Shown piece by piece: positions 41,250 to 53,383 of a stretch of 64,000 bases of DNA. Below the pieces are notes generated by a model. That model was not told the origin of the DNA, did not search any database, and was given only the letters and a program-made list of their open reading frames with translations. How positions within the stretch are numbered: position 1 is the stretch's first letter; each line of letters opens with the position of its first letter. The translations under genes and the position numbers were made by a program. The stretch comes from Salisapilia sapeloensis CBS 127946 (Eukaryota > Protista > Oomycota): positions 15,761-79,760 of the forward strand of contig JAADVB010000065.1 in NCBI GenBank assembly GCA_023334545.1, in the 5' to 3' direction.

Positions 41250-44200
41250 ATGAGCAGCCCCAGCAGCAACCAGAGCCAAGGTGCCGCCTCCCCTAAGCTA
41301 ACTACGGATACAGCTGCCACCACCCAGTATGTTACGCTCCATTCGCGCGTCGGAAAGCGGTACCAGGCCGTTATCCCGCCAATGATCAGCCCGGCACCGA
41401 CCGATCTGAGCCATGGCAAGTCAAATGCCTTTCGAGACGCAACAAAGAAAGACCCTCGGACTCAGCTCTACATTCCCAAGACAAAATACTGTCCAGATCG
41501 CGCCGAAGGTACTTGTTTATTTCTTTTTATATGCGTTAAATTAAAAATCGAGTGCCAATATCACCCTCCATTGTATTGTGCATTGAGTATGTTGTGCATA
41601 CCCACTACCTGAGTATCATCAAACCTATTCTCTGTTTTGCATATGAGTATTCTTGTCGGAAAACTAAGCTTGGATGGAACAGCACTGGGAGATGAACTCG
41701 ACAAGTACTTGGACCTCGCTCGGTCCCTTCGTGATGGTGCCACCTTTGATACGGAAGAACAGGTCAAGGAGCTGGCACTGAACTACCTTCATCGATTTAA
41801 TTATCAGCCAATTGATGCCGCCTGTTGCCTCTACGCGCGACATAGCCTAGAAGTTCCTCAAACCGTTGCAGCAGTTCAGCAGACGTCGACGGATCCTGCT
41901 GCTGTCTGGATCACTACACTATACCGCATCCTTCGCCAGTCACGACTCACGCAGCAGGACGTCACGAAGCTTCAGGAGCTGAGCACGAAAGCGAAGAAGA
42001 TGGATCGTGCTAGATTACCTGAAGCGGAAGCTGGTGTGGTCAGTCGACTCCTCCAGCGCCTGTCCAAATGGCAGAAACGATGTCGAGAGGTGCAGAATAA
42101 AGTGACGAACCGTGTGGACCTCATTCGCCTTTTGTACGAAGCGGAGGACTTGCAATTTGAGTGTGAAGAGAGAGAAGCTATTCAACGTCGCGTCTTATCT
42201 TTTGATGACGCATATAAGAAACTAAAGTCTGCCTTGGAACGACCTTCTAGGAAAAACCATCCGCGTGTGAAGCTGGTGGAACTAGAAAAGTTGTTCATGT
42301 CGACGACAGAGCCGTTGATCAGTTTCCCGGATCGTGCAGAGATCGAAGCGACCGTGACGCAGGCTCGTGAGCTCCAAGACACGATGACTCGTATGCTGGC
42401 CGAAGATAAAGTGAGCTTGCCAGCGATGAGAGAAGTAATGTCTCGTCTTGACTCGGTGCCAGTGAACTTTGACAAGGAACTAGAAAAGTTCCAGCAAAAG
42501 ATGCTAAGTGCGCAAGACTGGCTGGCCAAGGCTCGCAAGTGCATTCCCAAGAAACGCCCGACGCGACGTGTCGGAGGCGGTGAACCGAAGAAAGTGGAGC
42601 TAGATGCCATCCGTGCGCTGGTGGATGACGCCCCGTGCGACGACAGCGCCGAGGTGTTTGAGATGCAGGACCTCCTCGATTGCGCCGATGAATGGGCGCG
42701 TAAGGTGAAAGAGGCGATTGAAGGCACGGGTGAGGCACCCATCGAGCACCTCCGAGAGCTACAGGAAGAAGCAGATGAAATGCCTGTGGACATGGATGAA
42801 TGCAAGTACCTTGGCGCTGAAATCGGTGCTCGTGAGTGGTGCGCCGAAGCAACAGAGATGCTGGCCAAGCGCAAGAGTCTGCGGCAACTGGAACGCATGG
42901 GTGAGCGAGCTCAACAGATTCGAAAGCAGTTGCATCCAAAGAAGCAGTCTCGTTGGAAGCCACAGGTGGAGAGAGATATTCATGCGTCTGTCGACAGTGC
43001 TCGTCGGTGGGTAAATGAGGTGCGAGATAATGTCGGTTCGGGCGTGTTCGACAAGCTCGTGGCAGCTGCGTCGTCCGTGGACATTGCCACATTGCTGCCT
43101 AAGCTAGAGGCAGCGGGCGCATCGAATAAGCAGAAAAAGACGATGGAGGCGGTTGAAAAGGTGCTGGCAAAGGCTGACAAGCTCACGGTCGACGTCTCTT
43201 CGTACGTGAACCCAATGACGAGGTTGCTAGATGAAGCCAAGCGATCACAGGAGCAGGCCAGGGAGACACTAGCCGTTCTCAACGGCACGCAGCAAGGAGA
43301 AGGTCCGCTCGACTTTATGACCACGAGAGCTCTGCAGGAAAAGGTGGAAGCTTTCCCCTTCTCGTTCGAGGAAGGAGAACAGCTCAGTGCTATCCTCGAG
43401 AGCGAGCGTGGGTGGGCTAAGCGTGTTCGAGAAACGCTTCCTCCTCGCCAATCACGCAAGAAGCGTAAGCTGGCGGACGGAGTGACGATGGCGTTCTTGG
43501 AGTCACTCTTGGCCGAAAGTCAGCAACTCCACTTTGACTTTCCAGATGAGATTGGACTACTTCGGAAAGAATTGGATGAAATGCGTGCTTGGGAGGCAAA
43601 GGCGGTGCAGGTGCTTGAGACACCTTTGAACGAAAGCATACAGCAGGTGTTGGCGACGCTCCAATCATTTGATCTAAAGGTGCATGCAAAAGTGCAGCAA
43701 GGGAAGGAAAAAATGCTGGCGTCGGACCCGACGTTTCAGCAACTGCGTGCTGAAGAGCAGGAAGTTTTGGACACACAAGTGCAGGATCAAAGTGCAGCGA
43801 CTGAAGAACCAGCGGAAGACGCATCCGTGTCGGTGGTACCACAGCTGAATGCAGCTGCAAGCGTCTTCTCTCGCGTCGAGTCGAGTGTGCGAGAGTCGCC
43901 CGAGTTCCTGCAGGTGGATACGATCGTCACGCACATTCGAATGGAGACGGGATGTCTGCAGAGCGTGCAGAGCAAAGAGCATCGCGTCCGAGCCTCTGCG
44001 CCTCCGACGTCTGCCACTCCTTTTCAGACAAATGAAGGCCAGATACCGGTTCTTCAACCGCTGCTGTCGGCCGTGGAGCAGAGTCTGGAGGCACTCAGCA
44101 GTCTTGAACTCAAGTCGGAGAAGCGAGCGAGTGTCGAGACATTGGTGCAACTGGCTGACGACGGCGACACGGCTCTGACGGACAACATAACGGAAGGTGC

Positions 44201-46499
44201 GGTCAAGCAGCTCAGCCAGTGGAAGCAGCAGATCCAGCAGGTGCTGGAAGAGTCGCACTTGCTGAGCGCTGTGGCACCGAAGAGCGCGGTGCTTGAGACG
44301 ACTGTTCGACTAATCGACTGGCTGCTTTCATCCCGCTCGATCTTCTACGATGAAGCGCTGCCCCTGAATGACCTGTCGGACAAGGGTCGTGAGCTACGAA
44401 ATTCGTTGTCGGAGATGAAGCAGGAACAGGCGCTTCAGGTATGGGTGCTACAATCGCTCGAAACCATGCTGTGGCCACTCCCGTACCTTGAAGCTCAAGA
44501 GCACGTTGTCGCAGCATGGAAAGACCGCGTCTCTGCTTGCATCAAGCAAAAGTCTGCTTCTCTCCATGAAATGCGCAGGCTGTTGGCGGAAGGCAGCCAC
44601 TTGCTTATGGAGCCAGAGGCCTTCAAGCAGATTGTGGATGAAGTGAAGCGAGCCAAAGTGTGGCTTGGGAAGCTAAAGAAGCGTGTGAAAACGTTGATGA
44701 ACAAGAAAGAGGCGAGGTTGACGATGAATGCTACCAAGGCTTTAGTGGAGGATGGTGAGCAGCTAGCTGTGGAACTCCCTGCGTTTGAACTGCTCAAGGA
44801 GCAATACGAAAGTGCACAAGACTGGGAAAGCCGTGTATTGTCCTCCGGGCTAGAAAGCGGGCAAGCACGTATCGCCCAGTTGGTTGGACTGTTGAACGAG
44901 TACGATGGCGCGAGATTCTGGGTCGACCTAGACCACCACCGAGAGGTGCTCAAGTCAGCGACTGAGAGGTACTGCATCTGTCGCCAGCCGTTTGATGGAT
45001 TCATGATCGGGTGCGACCATTGTGACGACTGGTTCCACGACAACTGCATCGGTATGAGCAAGGACAAGGCTGAGAAAGTTGAACACTACACCTGTCCGTC
45101 GTGTACCATTCTCCAAGGTCTGTCTGCTGTGCTGACACAAGAACGCGGCAACCAAGCCACTCTTTGGGATGACTCCACGACAGAAAAGAACTATGAAAAG
45201 CAATACAGTTCGGCACACCGAAAGATCAAACGTGAGGAGAAGGCGATTGAGCGCAACGAAGAGTTGTTGCAGAAAGGTGAACGACAACTCAGTCATCTCG
45301 TGACTTGCATCGAACAGCTCGAAGCACACAAAGGTCCGGCACCAATCGAGCCTACACCACCAACCGTCGCTGATCAAGCAGAGGGTGTCCCGCCACCAGC
45401 GGCTGAAGATGTAGAAGTACGTCTAGCGAAACTGCGAAACGAGTATGCTGATGCGAAGGCGCAAATCCGCGACATCCATGACTCACTTCGACTGTCACGT
45501 GACCGACTGCAACAGGCGCATACGACGTTACATGGACTCAAACGGGAGCGCGAATGTCGAGATGAGCGACTACCACTAGCACGGAAGTGGGTCCACGCCA
45601 CCGCGGTGTTGCTGAACAACACGTCTGTCTTGCGCCGTTTGAACATGGCTGCCGACTCGTTTATGCCGAAAGAGTATGCAGAAGCCATTGCGGAAGCCAA
45701 CAGCGGGAGCTTTCCTATTGAGCAAGGGTTCCCTGAAGTGCGTACATATGTCAAGCTGCTTCGACTCACCGGTTGGGTATGCTGCGTCGTCGGCATGCTT
45801 CAAGAACGTCCGTCCCGCCGCACACTTGCAGACGCCATCACATACGCAGCATCCTACAACTTGTTAGACGTGAAGACGATTGCTCCCTTACGTAGTGTCG
45901 TCAGCCGCATGGACTCGTGGATCAACAAACTTCACAAGTGCATGTTTAAGACTTCGAACAAGGCACAGAGATTAGCACGGCTGAAGGTTCTTCTAAACGA
46001 GTACTCGAAGCTCCCTCTTACATGCCACTGGGTCGATGCCGTCGAGAACTACGTCAAGAAAGAGGATGGAAACGTTGCTATCGACCATCGCTCTGGACGC
46101 ACCCTTTCGTTACAAGATGCAGAACAGGCAGCAGTCGCCGCAGTGACGGCGGCTACGGCTGAGACTGCGGCTGACGCAGCTACGGCAGCGCAACAGAAAT
46201 TGCCTAGAAAACGACGACCGTATAACCGCAAGGAGAAGACCATCGCTGGACCTGCGAAAAAGAAGTTGAAAAGCAAAGACGAGGAGGGTACAGAGATCAA
46301 GGACGAATTGAAGGATGAAACCACGGAAGAGGGTGGAACCGAGTCCAAGCAGGCTGAAGACGCGCAACTGAAGACTGAGGCAGCGCCGATGACTATGGTA
46401 CAGGATAGCGAGGGCAAGCCCGTAGGGAATTCTTCTCGAGGAACAGAGCAAAAGGATGAGACGATGGCTCCGACGGCAGCATCAACAGTGTCGGCGTAG
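41250..46499 (+). CDS. ELM2 + PLU-1-like helical repeats + PHD finger chromatin protein
   Basis: Exon 1 (41250-41508) carries SRVGKRYQAVIP. After an intron (41509-41682) it continues with ELALNYLHRFNY (ELM2). Repeated W...A...L helical units are PLU-1-like. PHD: YCICRQPFDGFMIGCDHCDDWFHDNCIG...YTCPSC at ~44970-45105. Confidence 0.8.
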
Positions 46500-46723
46500 A
46501 TGGAATGCGGAGATTTGCACATCGGGTAACGTATGATTTCAGTAAGCGAAACATGAGGCTTCGTTTGCGTATTTCATTTGATCCACGTTGAAGCGAATCG
46601 ACTTGGGTTATTTTTAGTCACCCTGTCCTTGTTCCTTCGCATACAGCAACTCTCGGATTCACCTTGCAGATTGGGAACATGTACCGTGGGAGAAGGACGA
46701 AAGCCACACAAGCAGTGCAAGAG

Positions 46724-47221
46724 ATGGCGCCTCACCCGCCAGCTTGTATCTCGCAAAAGATGATGCCTGCCGAAGAGAGTAATGTTCAGGGTCCATCGTC
46801 TACTGGCGTCGAAGTCAACACAATGAGGTTTGAAAAGGAGGGACCGCAAGATATTGACGGGCTTCATGATGAGGTGATGATTTCTGAATCTGAAAAGGAA
46901 GCTGCAGAAATCTTAAACAGCATGAGCGCGTCTTGCAAGCGTCATGACGAATGGTAAGGTTGCGACAAACCCATATATCTCACGCTAGAGATTTACTCGA
47001 TACATGCTTTTCGTAATTTCAGGTACTCAAAGATAAGCGCAGAGGTGAATGATGCTAGTCAAAACATGGTTGACATGGGCAACCACTATGCACAAATGAA
47101 CGAGGAGCTAAACGACCTTGCTGCATTATGTGAGAACGATATCGACGGTGAGAAAATCGACCAGCTCTACCGCAGTCTCCCTTTGGAAGAGCAGCAAAAC
47201 TTGATTGCTTTTACGATATAA
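46724..47221 (+). CDS. Small hypothetical protein, 2 exons (~140 aa)
   Basis: Exon 1 ends at 46953; a GTAAG...TTTCAG intron (46954-47022) joins in frame to WYSKISAEVNDASQNMV...LIAFTI*. Start could be 46679 or 46724. Confidence 0.6.
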
Positions 47222-47314
47222 ATAGACAATCGCTCTCTGGGTGTGGTCTTCAAAGATTAGTAGGTGAAACGATAAATAAAAATAAATTACCTTTAATTTG
47301 CTTCTTGCTCTAGT

Positions 47315-50300
47315 ATGGAAGATGAGCAAGATGAGGTGGACTACTCGCAGTGGCAACAACTCGTTCTTCAGCGAGTCAATGAAAACGTTTTCACGCTAGG
47401 CACATTGCTCTCGTCTGGATGTGACCGTTTGGTCGTGCTTAATCTGCAGCGCAACTCGATTACGGACCTTGAACCGATTCAAATTACCGCCGGGACTCTT
47501 CGTTATCTCGATGTCTCTTTTAACAGCATCGCCAAATTACCAGGTCGAGCTTATTGGAAGAAGTTCAAGCAATTGACCTTTTGCTTTTTGGAGGCCAACG
47601 CACTCGAGAAATGGACTGAAATACAAAGGCTGCACGTTTGCTCTTCATCCCTCCTCTGGTTAAAGCTCGCAGGCAATCCGGTAATGGAGAAAGAAGGATC
47701 TCGTCAACAGCTCATTCTCAAGCTTCCTTTCCTTAAAGCTATTGACAAATTCACCGTGTCCGACGTCGAAGTATATGCCGCACAAGGTATACCATCTTCG
47801 AAATCTATAAGATGTTACGTATCTCATGCGTCTAACTTTTGGACAATGCACAGGAGGCTCGACTAGACCTTCCCTGTTACCCATATTCCGAAATATATCC
47901 GTTCTGGCTGAGCGAGTAGAATTCGACTCAGACAATGATGCGCTGGAGTACGTTGAGAGTGCTAAGAAGAATATACAGCGCGTGTATCGCGAGAGCAGTC
48001 CAGTGGTTTTAGTGCAGCGTATTGTACGAGGCTATTTATCTCGAAGTTTTATTTTATCGCGAATTAGCACGTTACGCCAGCTAGTCCTTCTAGTTCAAAA
48101 GGTTACTAGAGGCTTTTTACTCCGAATTAACTTACGACGGGAATTTGTTCGTCTCATGGGTGAACGAGGGGAGAAGATCATTCTACTGGGCTATGACGGA
48201 GGGATTGGTGTGCCTTCCAAAACTGCTCGTGGGTTAAATAAACTAACAGACGCTGTGAGAGAGTGGAAAGACCGATATCATCACAAAAAAGAGAGAGCTG
48301 CACTCAACAGAATCCGTGCTTGGTGTCGTATGATGCGAAGACAGCAGAAACTAAAGGCAGAGAGACTTGTACGAAGTCATCAAGAGATCCTGCTCTATTA
48401 CACACCAGACGTGGAAGATGGACTGAGAGATTTGGTAATACAAAGCATTGTTAGAGACCCGTTTCTCGTTAAAAAGCTGCCTTCAATAGAAGACCGCATC
48501 GCCTTCTTCCAAAGCCGGTGTCTACAATCGGGTGTTCGTCTTCTTCGACGTCCTCAGGATCAGAGCGAACTGAAGGGCGTTTCTCGTGTTGGTGTCCATG
48601 GCTTAATGCGGATATTTTCTAATGATATGGAGAATGAATTCGAGCTGCTGCATAACGAGAAAAGCATTTTGATCCAAGATATTGCAGACATCTCTACTTG
48701 CCTTAAAAACATCACATCAAAGATGAGCAATATCGAGCGTGTTGATAACGTCTATTTGCCGATCGTTAAAGCCCAGCTTGAAAAGCGGCTGACAATCTGC
48801 AGTAAGAAGCTTCGTCGTTCTTCTCTTCGAGCTCAGACATTACGGCAAGGCCATGCAAACGTAGCAAAGTTTGCAATAACAAGGACAAAAATACGAGTTC
48901 GAGGTTTTAACGTTCAGCACAACTACGATGACCAGGGAAAAGAACTCGGAAAAAGGTTAGATCTGATTCAAGAATACCCTACACTAAAGGTATTCGTAGC
49001 TTACAGCATAGACATGTTCTTGCAACTGGAGAGCAAAGTTCGCTTCATGACAAAAATCGGACTCGTTAGCAAGGAATCTATAGTTCTTTCTCATTACAAA
49101 GTCCATCAACATACTGCAGTGACGATCATGCAAGCGACTTGGTGGCGGTACAAAGCGAAACGCAAGGACTTGGAATTGCAAGCAGAAAGAAGAAGAGCTT
49201 TAGTATGTCTGCAGAGGTGGTGGCGATGGCTTCGAGGAACTGGTCACAGGCTAGCATTTCTTCGTGAATGCCTTCTACTTGGCTCTACCATTAACTCGAA
49301 TACATTGTTTATGGAGGAGCATGCTTTTAGATTGCTGACAGACCCGAGTTGGTGGAGTCGTGCCAACTCTGTAATGCGCCCATGCCAAGAGCACGAGTTG
49401 ATTTGCCGCATTGTTGGAAGTTGTGTCCAGGTAGCCCTTCCGTCTAGCTATATGCAATTGTATGCAGTAGCAAAGGCTCAGCAGCCTCTTAACAAAGATG
49501 CATCTCGGTCTGTCAAAGCTGCCACCAGTCAGCGCTGTGGTGCGTACCTGCCTCTTTGGCTGCCGGACTGTCCAGTGCATAAACTGCGGTCGATAGAAGA
49601 TTATGATGATGATGCAACATCGCGCTTGCTGCTTGATAAGGTTCTCGTTGAGCCAACGTTACTGGAAAGAGAGCTTATTATTGCAACAAATGAGCAGCAA
49701 TCTGAAAGTTCGGGTATGAGTAGCAGCTATCGGTTGTTCAATACATTTGGACTGGTGAACGCTGCTCAAAGTCGGGTGCTTCGAGTAGCGAAAAAACTGG
49801 CAAGACACACAAAGCATTCATGGCAGTTGAAGTCACCGCTTTATGCTCTTGAAACTACTTCTTTCGTTAGATTAACATTTGATTCCTTGAGTGAGGCTCG
49901 AAGACGTGCCCTCATCTTGCTGCATAAGACGTACGATCCCATTTCGGGTGGATTTGCTCGTTTGTACTCACTGGAAGTTTTGTTGAGCGCAGGTTTGCGT
50001 CATCACCAGGTATATCTCAGCACTGCATAGATAGCACAATACGAGTACTAACCAAGTAAATTGCATCAACAGTGGGCCATCTCTCAAATAGTCTCAAAGG
50101 AGGAAGTCCATCAGCTTGATCTAGACTGCAGGCTCTTGCTCCCGAGAAGTTTACCTTCGCCCTGGCTCAGTCGTCTTGAGGCGAAGCTCAATATTCAACC
50201 GGAGCTGTTGAAGAAAGTGAATAACCAGGTCTATGAAGTAGTTAATATCGAAGCTCGAGACTCGCTGCAACAGTCCAAAAAAGATCAAATAGGGAAGGCC

Positions 50301-51128
50301 AGTCCTTGCAAGCCATCTATACGTATTCCTTCATTGAGGCCTTACACGACAAGTCCGAAGAAGCCGGCTGAAATTCGTGTGATTTCTAATCCATCTTTCG
50401 GCAGAAATGAAGATGGGAAAACACGCACACCTTGTCGGCCTGATACTACTGCGAACGACGTAGGCTGTTCATCCGGTTGGAGCCGTCATCGATTGCTTTT
50501 AGATAAGGCTGGGTGCAATGAGACGGTGATCAGTTGGAAGAATCATGAGGAAGAACGGAATGCAACTGCTCACAAGGTTCGAGCTTTGCGAGAGGAGGAA
50601 GACAGGGCAGTAGAAGCCGAGATTGTGGATCGCCGCTTGCGTCAACGGGAGAAAGCTGCCGAGATTGCAGGCGATAAAATGGCCATTGATGTCCAGCTGC
50701 AGCGCCAACGGTATGAACGAGAGATTGCAAAAATCGAGCAGCAAGAGAGGATGGATAAGGAGAAAATGGCGAGTCGGTGCAGGAAGCTAGCTCAGAAATT
50801 TGAAGACCAGTTTGTTGTCCAGACAGGAGCGATGATGCGTCTAAAGTCTACAAGCACGATCCAACGAAAGCTTAGAATGAAAGACGACGCTCGAACGCGA
50901 GAAATGATGCGTATCCGATCACGAGAAGAAGGCGAGAAGCGGAGGCGAGATCTTGCAGAGACGTCGATATTCGCTCGAAAGCACAGGACTAAGCAGGAAG
51001 TCAGAGTCCGTACGGAAGGGCAGTTGGAAAAAGCCAAAGCTACTGGGTTAAAGCGTTTGCGTGATATTCGTCGACGCATGCAAGAAGACCGTGATGTGAG
51101 GCAACAGTTGTGCCAACTTCTTCCATGA
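47315..51128 (+). CDS. Leucine-rich repeat and IQ domain protein (LRRIQ3-like), 3 exons
   Basis: N-terminal SDS22-like LRRs (LVVLNLQRNSI, LRYLDVSFNSI, LTFCFLEANAL, LLWLKLAGNP) with LRR cap LKAIDKFTVSDVE. IQ motifs VQRIVRGYLSR, VQKVTRGFLLR, MQATWWRY, LQRWWR. C-terminal coiled coil. ORF blocks 47315/47826/50061 are linked by introns. Confidence 0.72.
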
Positions 51129-51241
51129 TACCGTGTTGCTTTCTATCTCTTCAAGATCGTTGTGGTAATAATAAATTAAGGCACGTTCAACTTGATCCTT
51201 TAAATCGAAACGCTCTTCAAACACAAAGAAGGATAGAGCGA

Positions 51242-53176
51242 ATGAACAGTGCGACTGCCGGTTGGCGACCCACGACCTTGAGCGATGCCAGCAGGGAACG
51301 GTGGGCGCGTCTCCTGGTCAGGGAGCTAGCTGATTTGGGCTACGCTGGGGCTGCAAGTGAGCTTCAAAAAGAAGCCGGGGTGCAGCTTCGCTCGGATGCT
51401 ATGCGCAAGATACAGCAGTTTCTGCAAAATCAGGATTGGGCATCCGCGTTGGACATGGTGTTGAAAAAGAGTGAAGATGGGGGAGTAACGATGCAAACAG
51501 CGTCAGCCCAGAATGAAGCAGCACTGATCTTGCGAAAGCGTCAATTCATTCAAGCTGTGCTCGAGGGAGATTCCTCGACGGCTAGACGGGTTTTCCGAGA
51601 TAAACTGGCGCCGCATCACGCAATTGTACGTGCTTTGGGCTCATTTTTAAGGCAATGGTAGATTAATTTTCTTGCGATGTGACAGAGTGACGACGAGGTG
51701 GAAGATTTGGCGACGCTCCTGCTTTGTGAAAGTGAAGAGGATGTAGACATGATGGCTAAGGATGTGTGGCGAGAGCCTGACGTGATGAACTTTGTTGAAA
51801 CGTCTGCTGATTTTAATGAAGTCGTCCCGCAGGGTTCACTCCAGGTATGCTGTAGCTTTATACGAACACAACCGGGTATCTTTACATATATTGTTCCACT
51901 TGTAAAGTCAATGATGGCTCTCGGCGAACGAGATCTGTCGCGCGTGCTATCGAAAAAGACAATCTTTGCTCCGAAGGCTCATCAGTCGCTTTCAAAAGCC
52001 GGTCGAGTTGTCCCCCAGTGCTCGGACGTTTTGCTGATTCACCGATCCGATGTCCAGGAGATCTTATTCTCTCCAGACGGTAGACTCCTAGCGTCATGCT
52101 CAAAAGACGGCGCCATCCTTATCTGGAAGCTCCGAATCGCTGAGGCCAACTGCGGCACTCGTGCTTTGGTACGACACTATGTAACTTGTATCGGATATAA
52201 ATGCCAAAACTTACACGACGTAGCGTGCAAAGCTCATTCACCAATTGCCCAGTTTGCGTGATACGCCGGTGCAATCCGTCGCCTGGTCTCCGGACAGTAA
52301 GTACCTGCTGAGTTGCTGCGAAGGTAGCAACATTATCCAGCAGTGGAACTCGGGTGTATGTCGTTTTCATATGTGCATTAATGGAGCTCGAATGACACGC
52401 ATGGAGGTAGACTGGTCACCGTGAGCACGTGCTTCATCACCCGACAGAGTGTATCCAGGTCCTTCGGTGGGTGCCAAACGGAAAAAAGTTTCTAAGCGGC
52501 AGTGCCGACAACCGGCTCATCCTTTGGGTACGTCGTTCTGATAGCATTGCATCGATAGAGGTCGACTGACCAGTGATAGAACGCTGAGAGTGGTGGGATC
52601 GAGTGTCAATGGACCGGCCATCGCGTGCTGGACATAGCCGTGCATCCATGTGGAACACAGGCGTTTGTGTTGGTCTCTGCGTACAATATTTACATCGTCG
52701 ATCTCGAGTCTGAATCGAACGAACTTTTCTTCAGCTCGAAGAAGAAGATTGCTAAGATCACATTATCTCCGGATGACGGCCGCTTCCTCTTGGTGTCCTT
52801 TATCAAGTCGAAGGAAATTGGAGTCATCCCAGTAGGCAAGCATAAAGTGAAGACGGTGTGCAGGGGACTCGCCAGCCAACGATACATTTTGACGCCTTGC
52901 TTTGCAGGAAGACAGAACGAACTCGTCTTGTGCGGCGGAGAAGGTTTGTGTAATAGGTTTCTGTTGTTCTGTAGAAACTCATTTTGCGTAGACGCACGAT
53001 TATATGCTTGGAAAGTGGAAGATGGAGAGCTCGTGGTGTGCCAGGGCGGACACACGGGAACAATCAACTCTGTCCAGCGCCACCCGTGCTACCCGGAGAT
53101 TATCGCGACTGCCAGTGAAGACGAGACGGTGCGGCTTTGGACGCTACTGCCGGACACTGGGCGCCAGAGTGACTGA
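51242..53176 (+). CDS. LisH-CTLH-WD40 protein, WDR26/GID7-like, multi-exon
   Basis: LisH (RLLVRELADLGYAGAASELQKEAG), CTLH (IQQFLQNQDWASAL), and WD repeats HRSDVQEILFSPDGRLLASCSKDGAILIW, VAWSPDSKYLL, GHTGTINSVQRHP...IATASEDETVRLW. Confidence 0.82.
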
Positions 53177-53383
53177 GGCTCTTTCTATTCAATCCGTTTC
53201 ATGTCTTTCGTGCGTAGGATAAATATATCAAAGGATGAGAACTTTTCGTCAGTGTGTTGGTTGGTTTGCAGCATGCTGGATCGAGACGGTGGTCTAGCAA
53301 ACTATGGTACATTCACCATTAAGTGTACTGTAAATGACGCTAACGCTTCTAGCCGAACAGATACATGGAGGCTCGCAAAGTCC

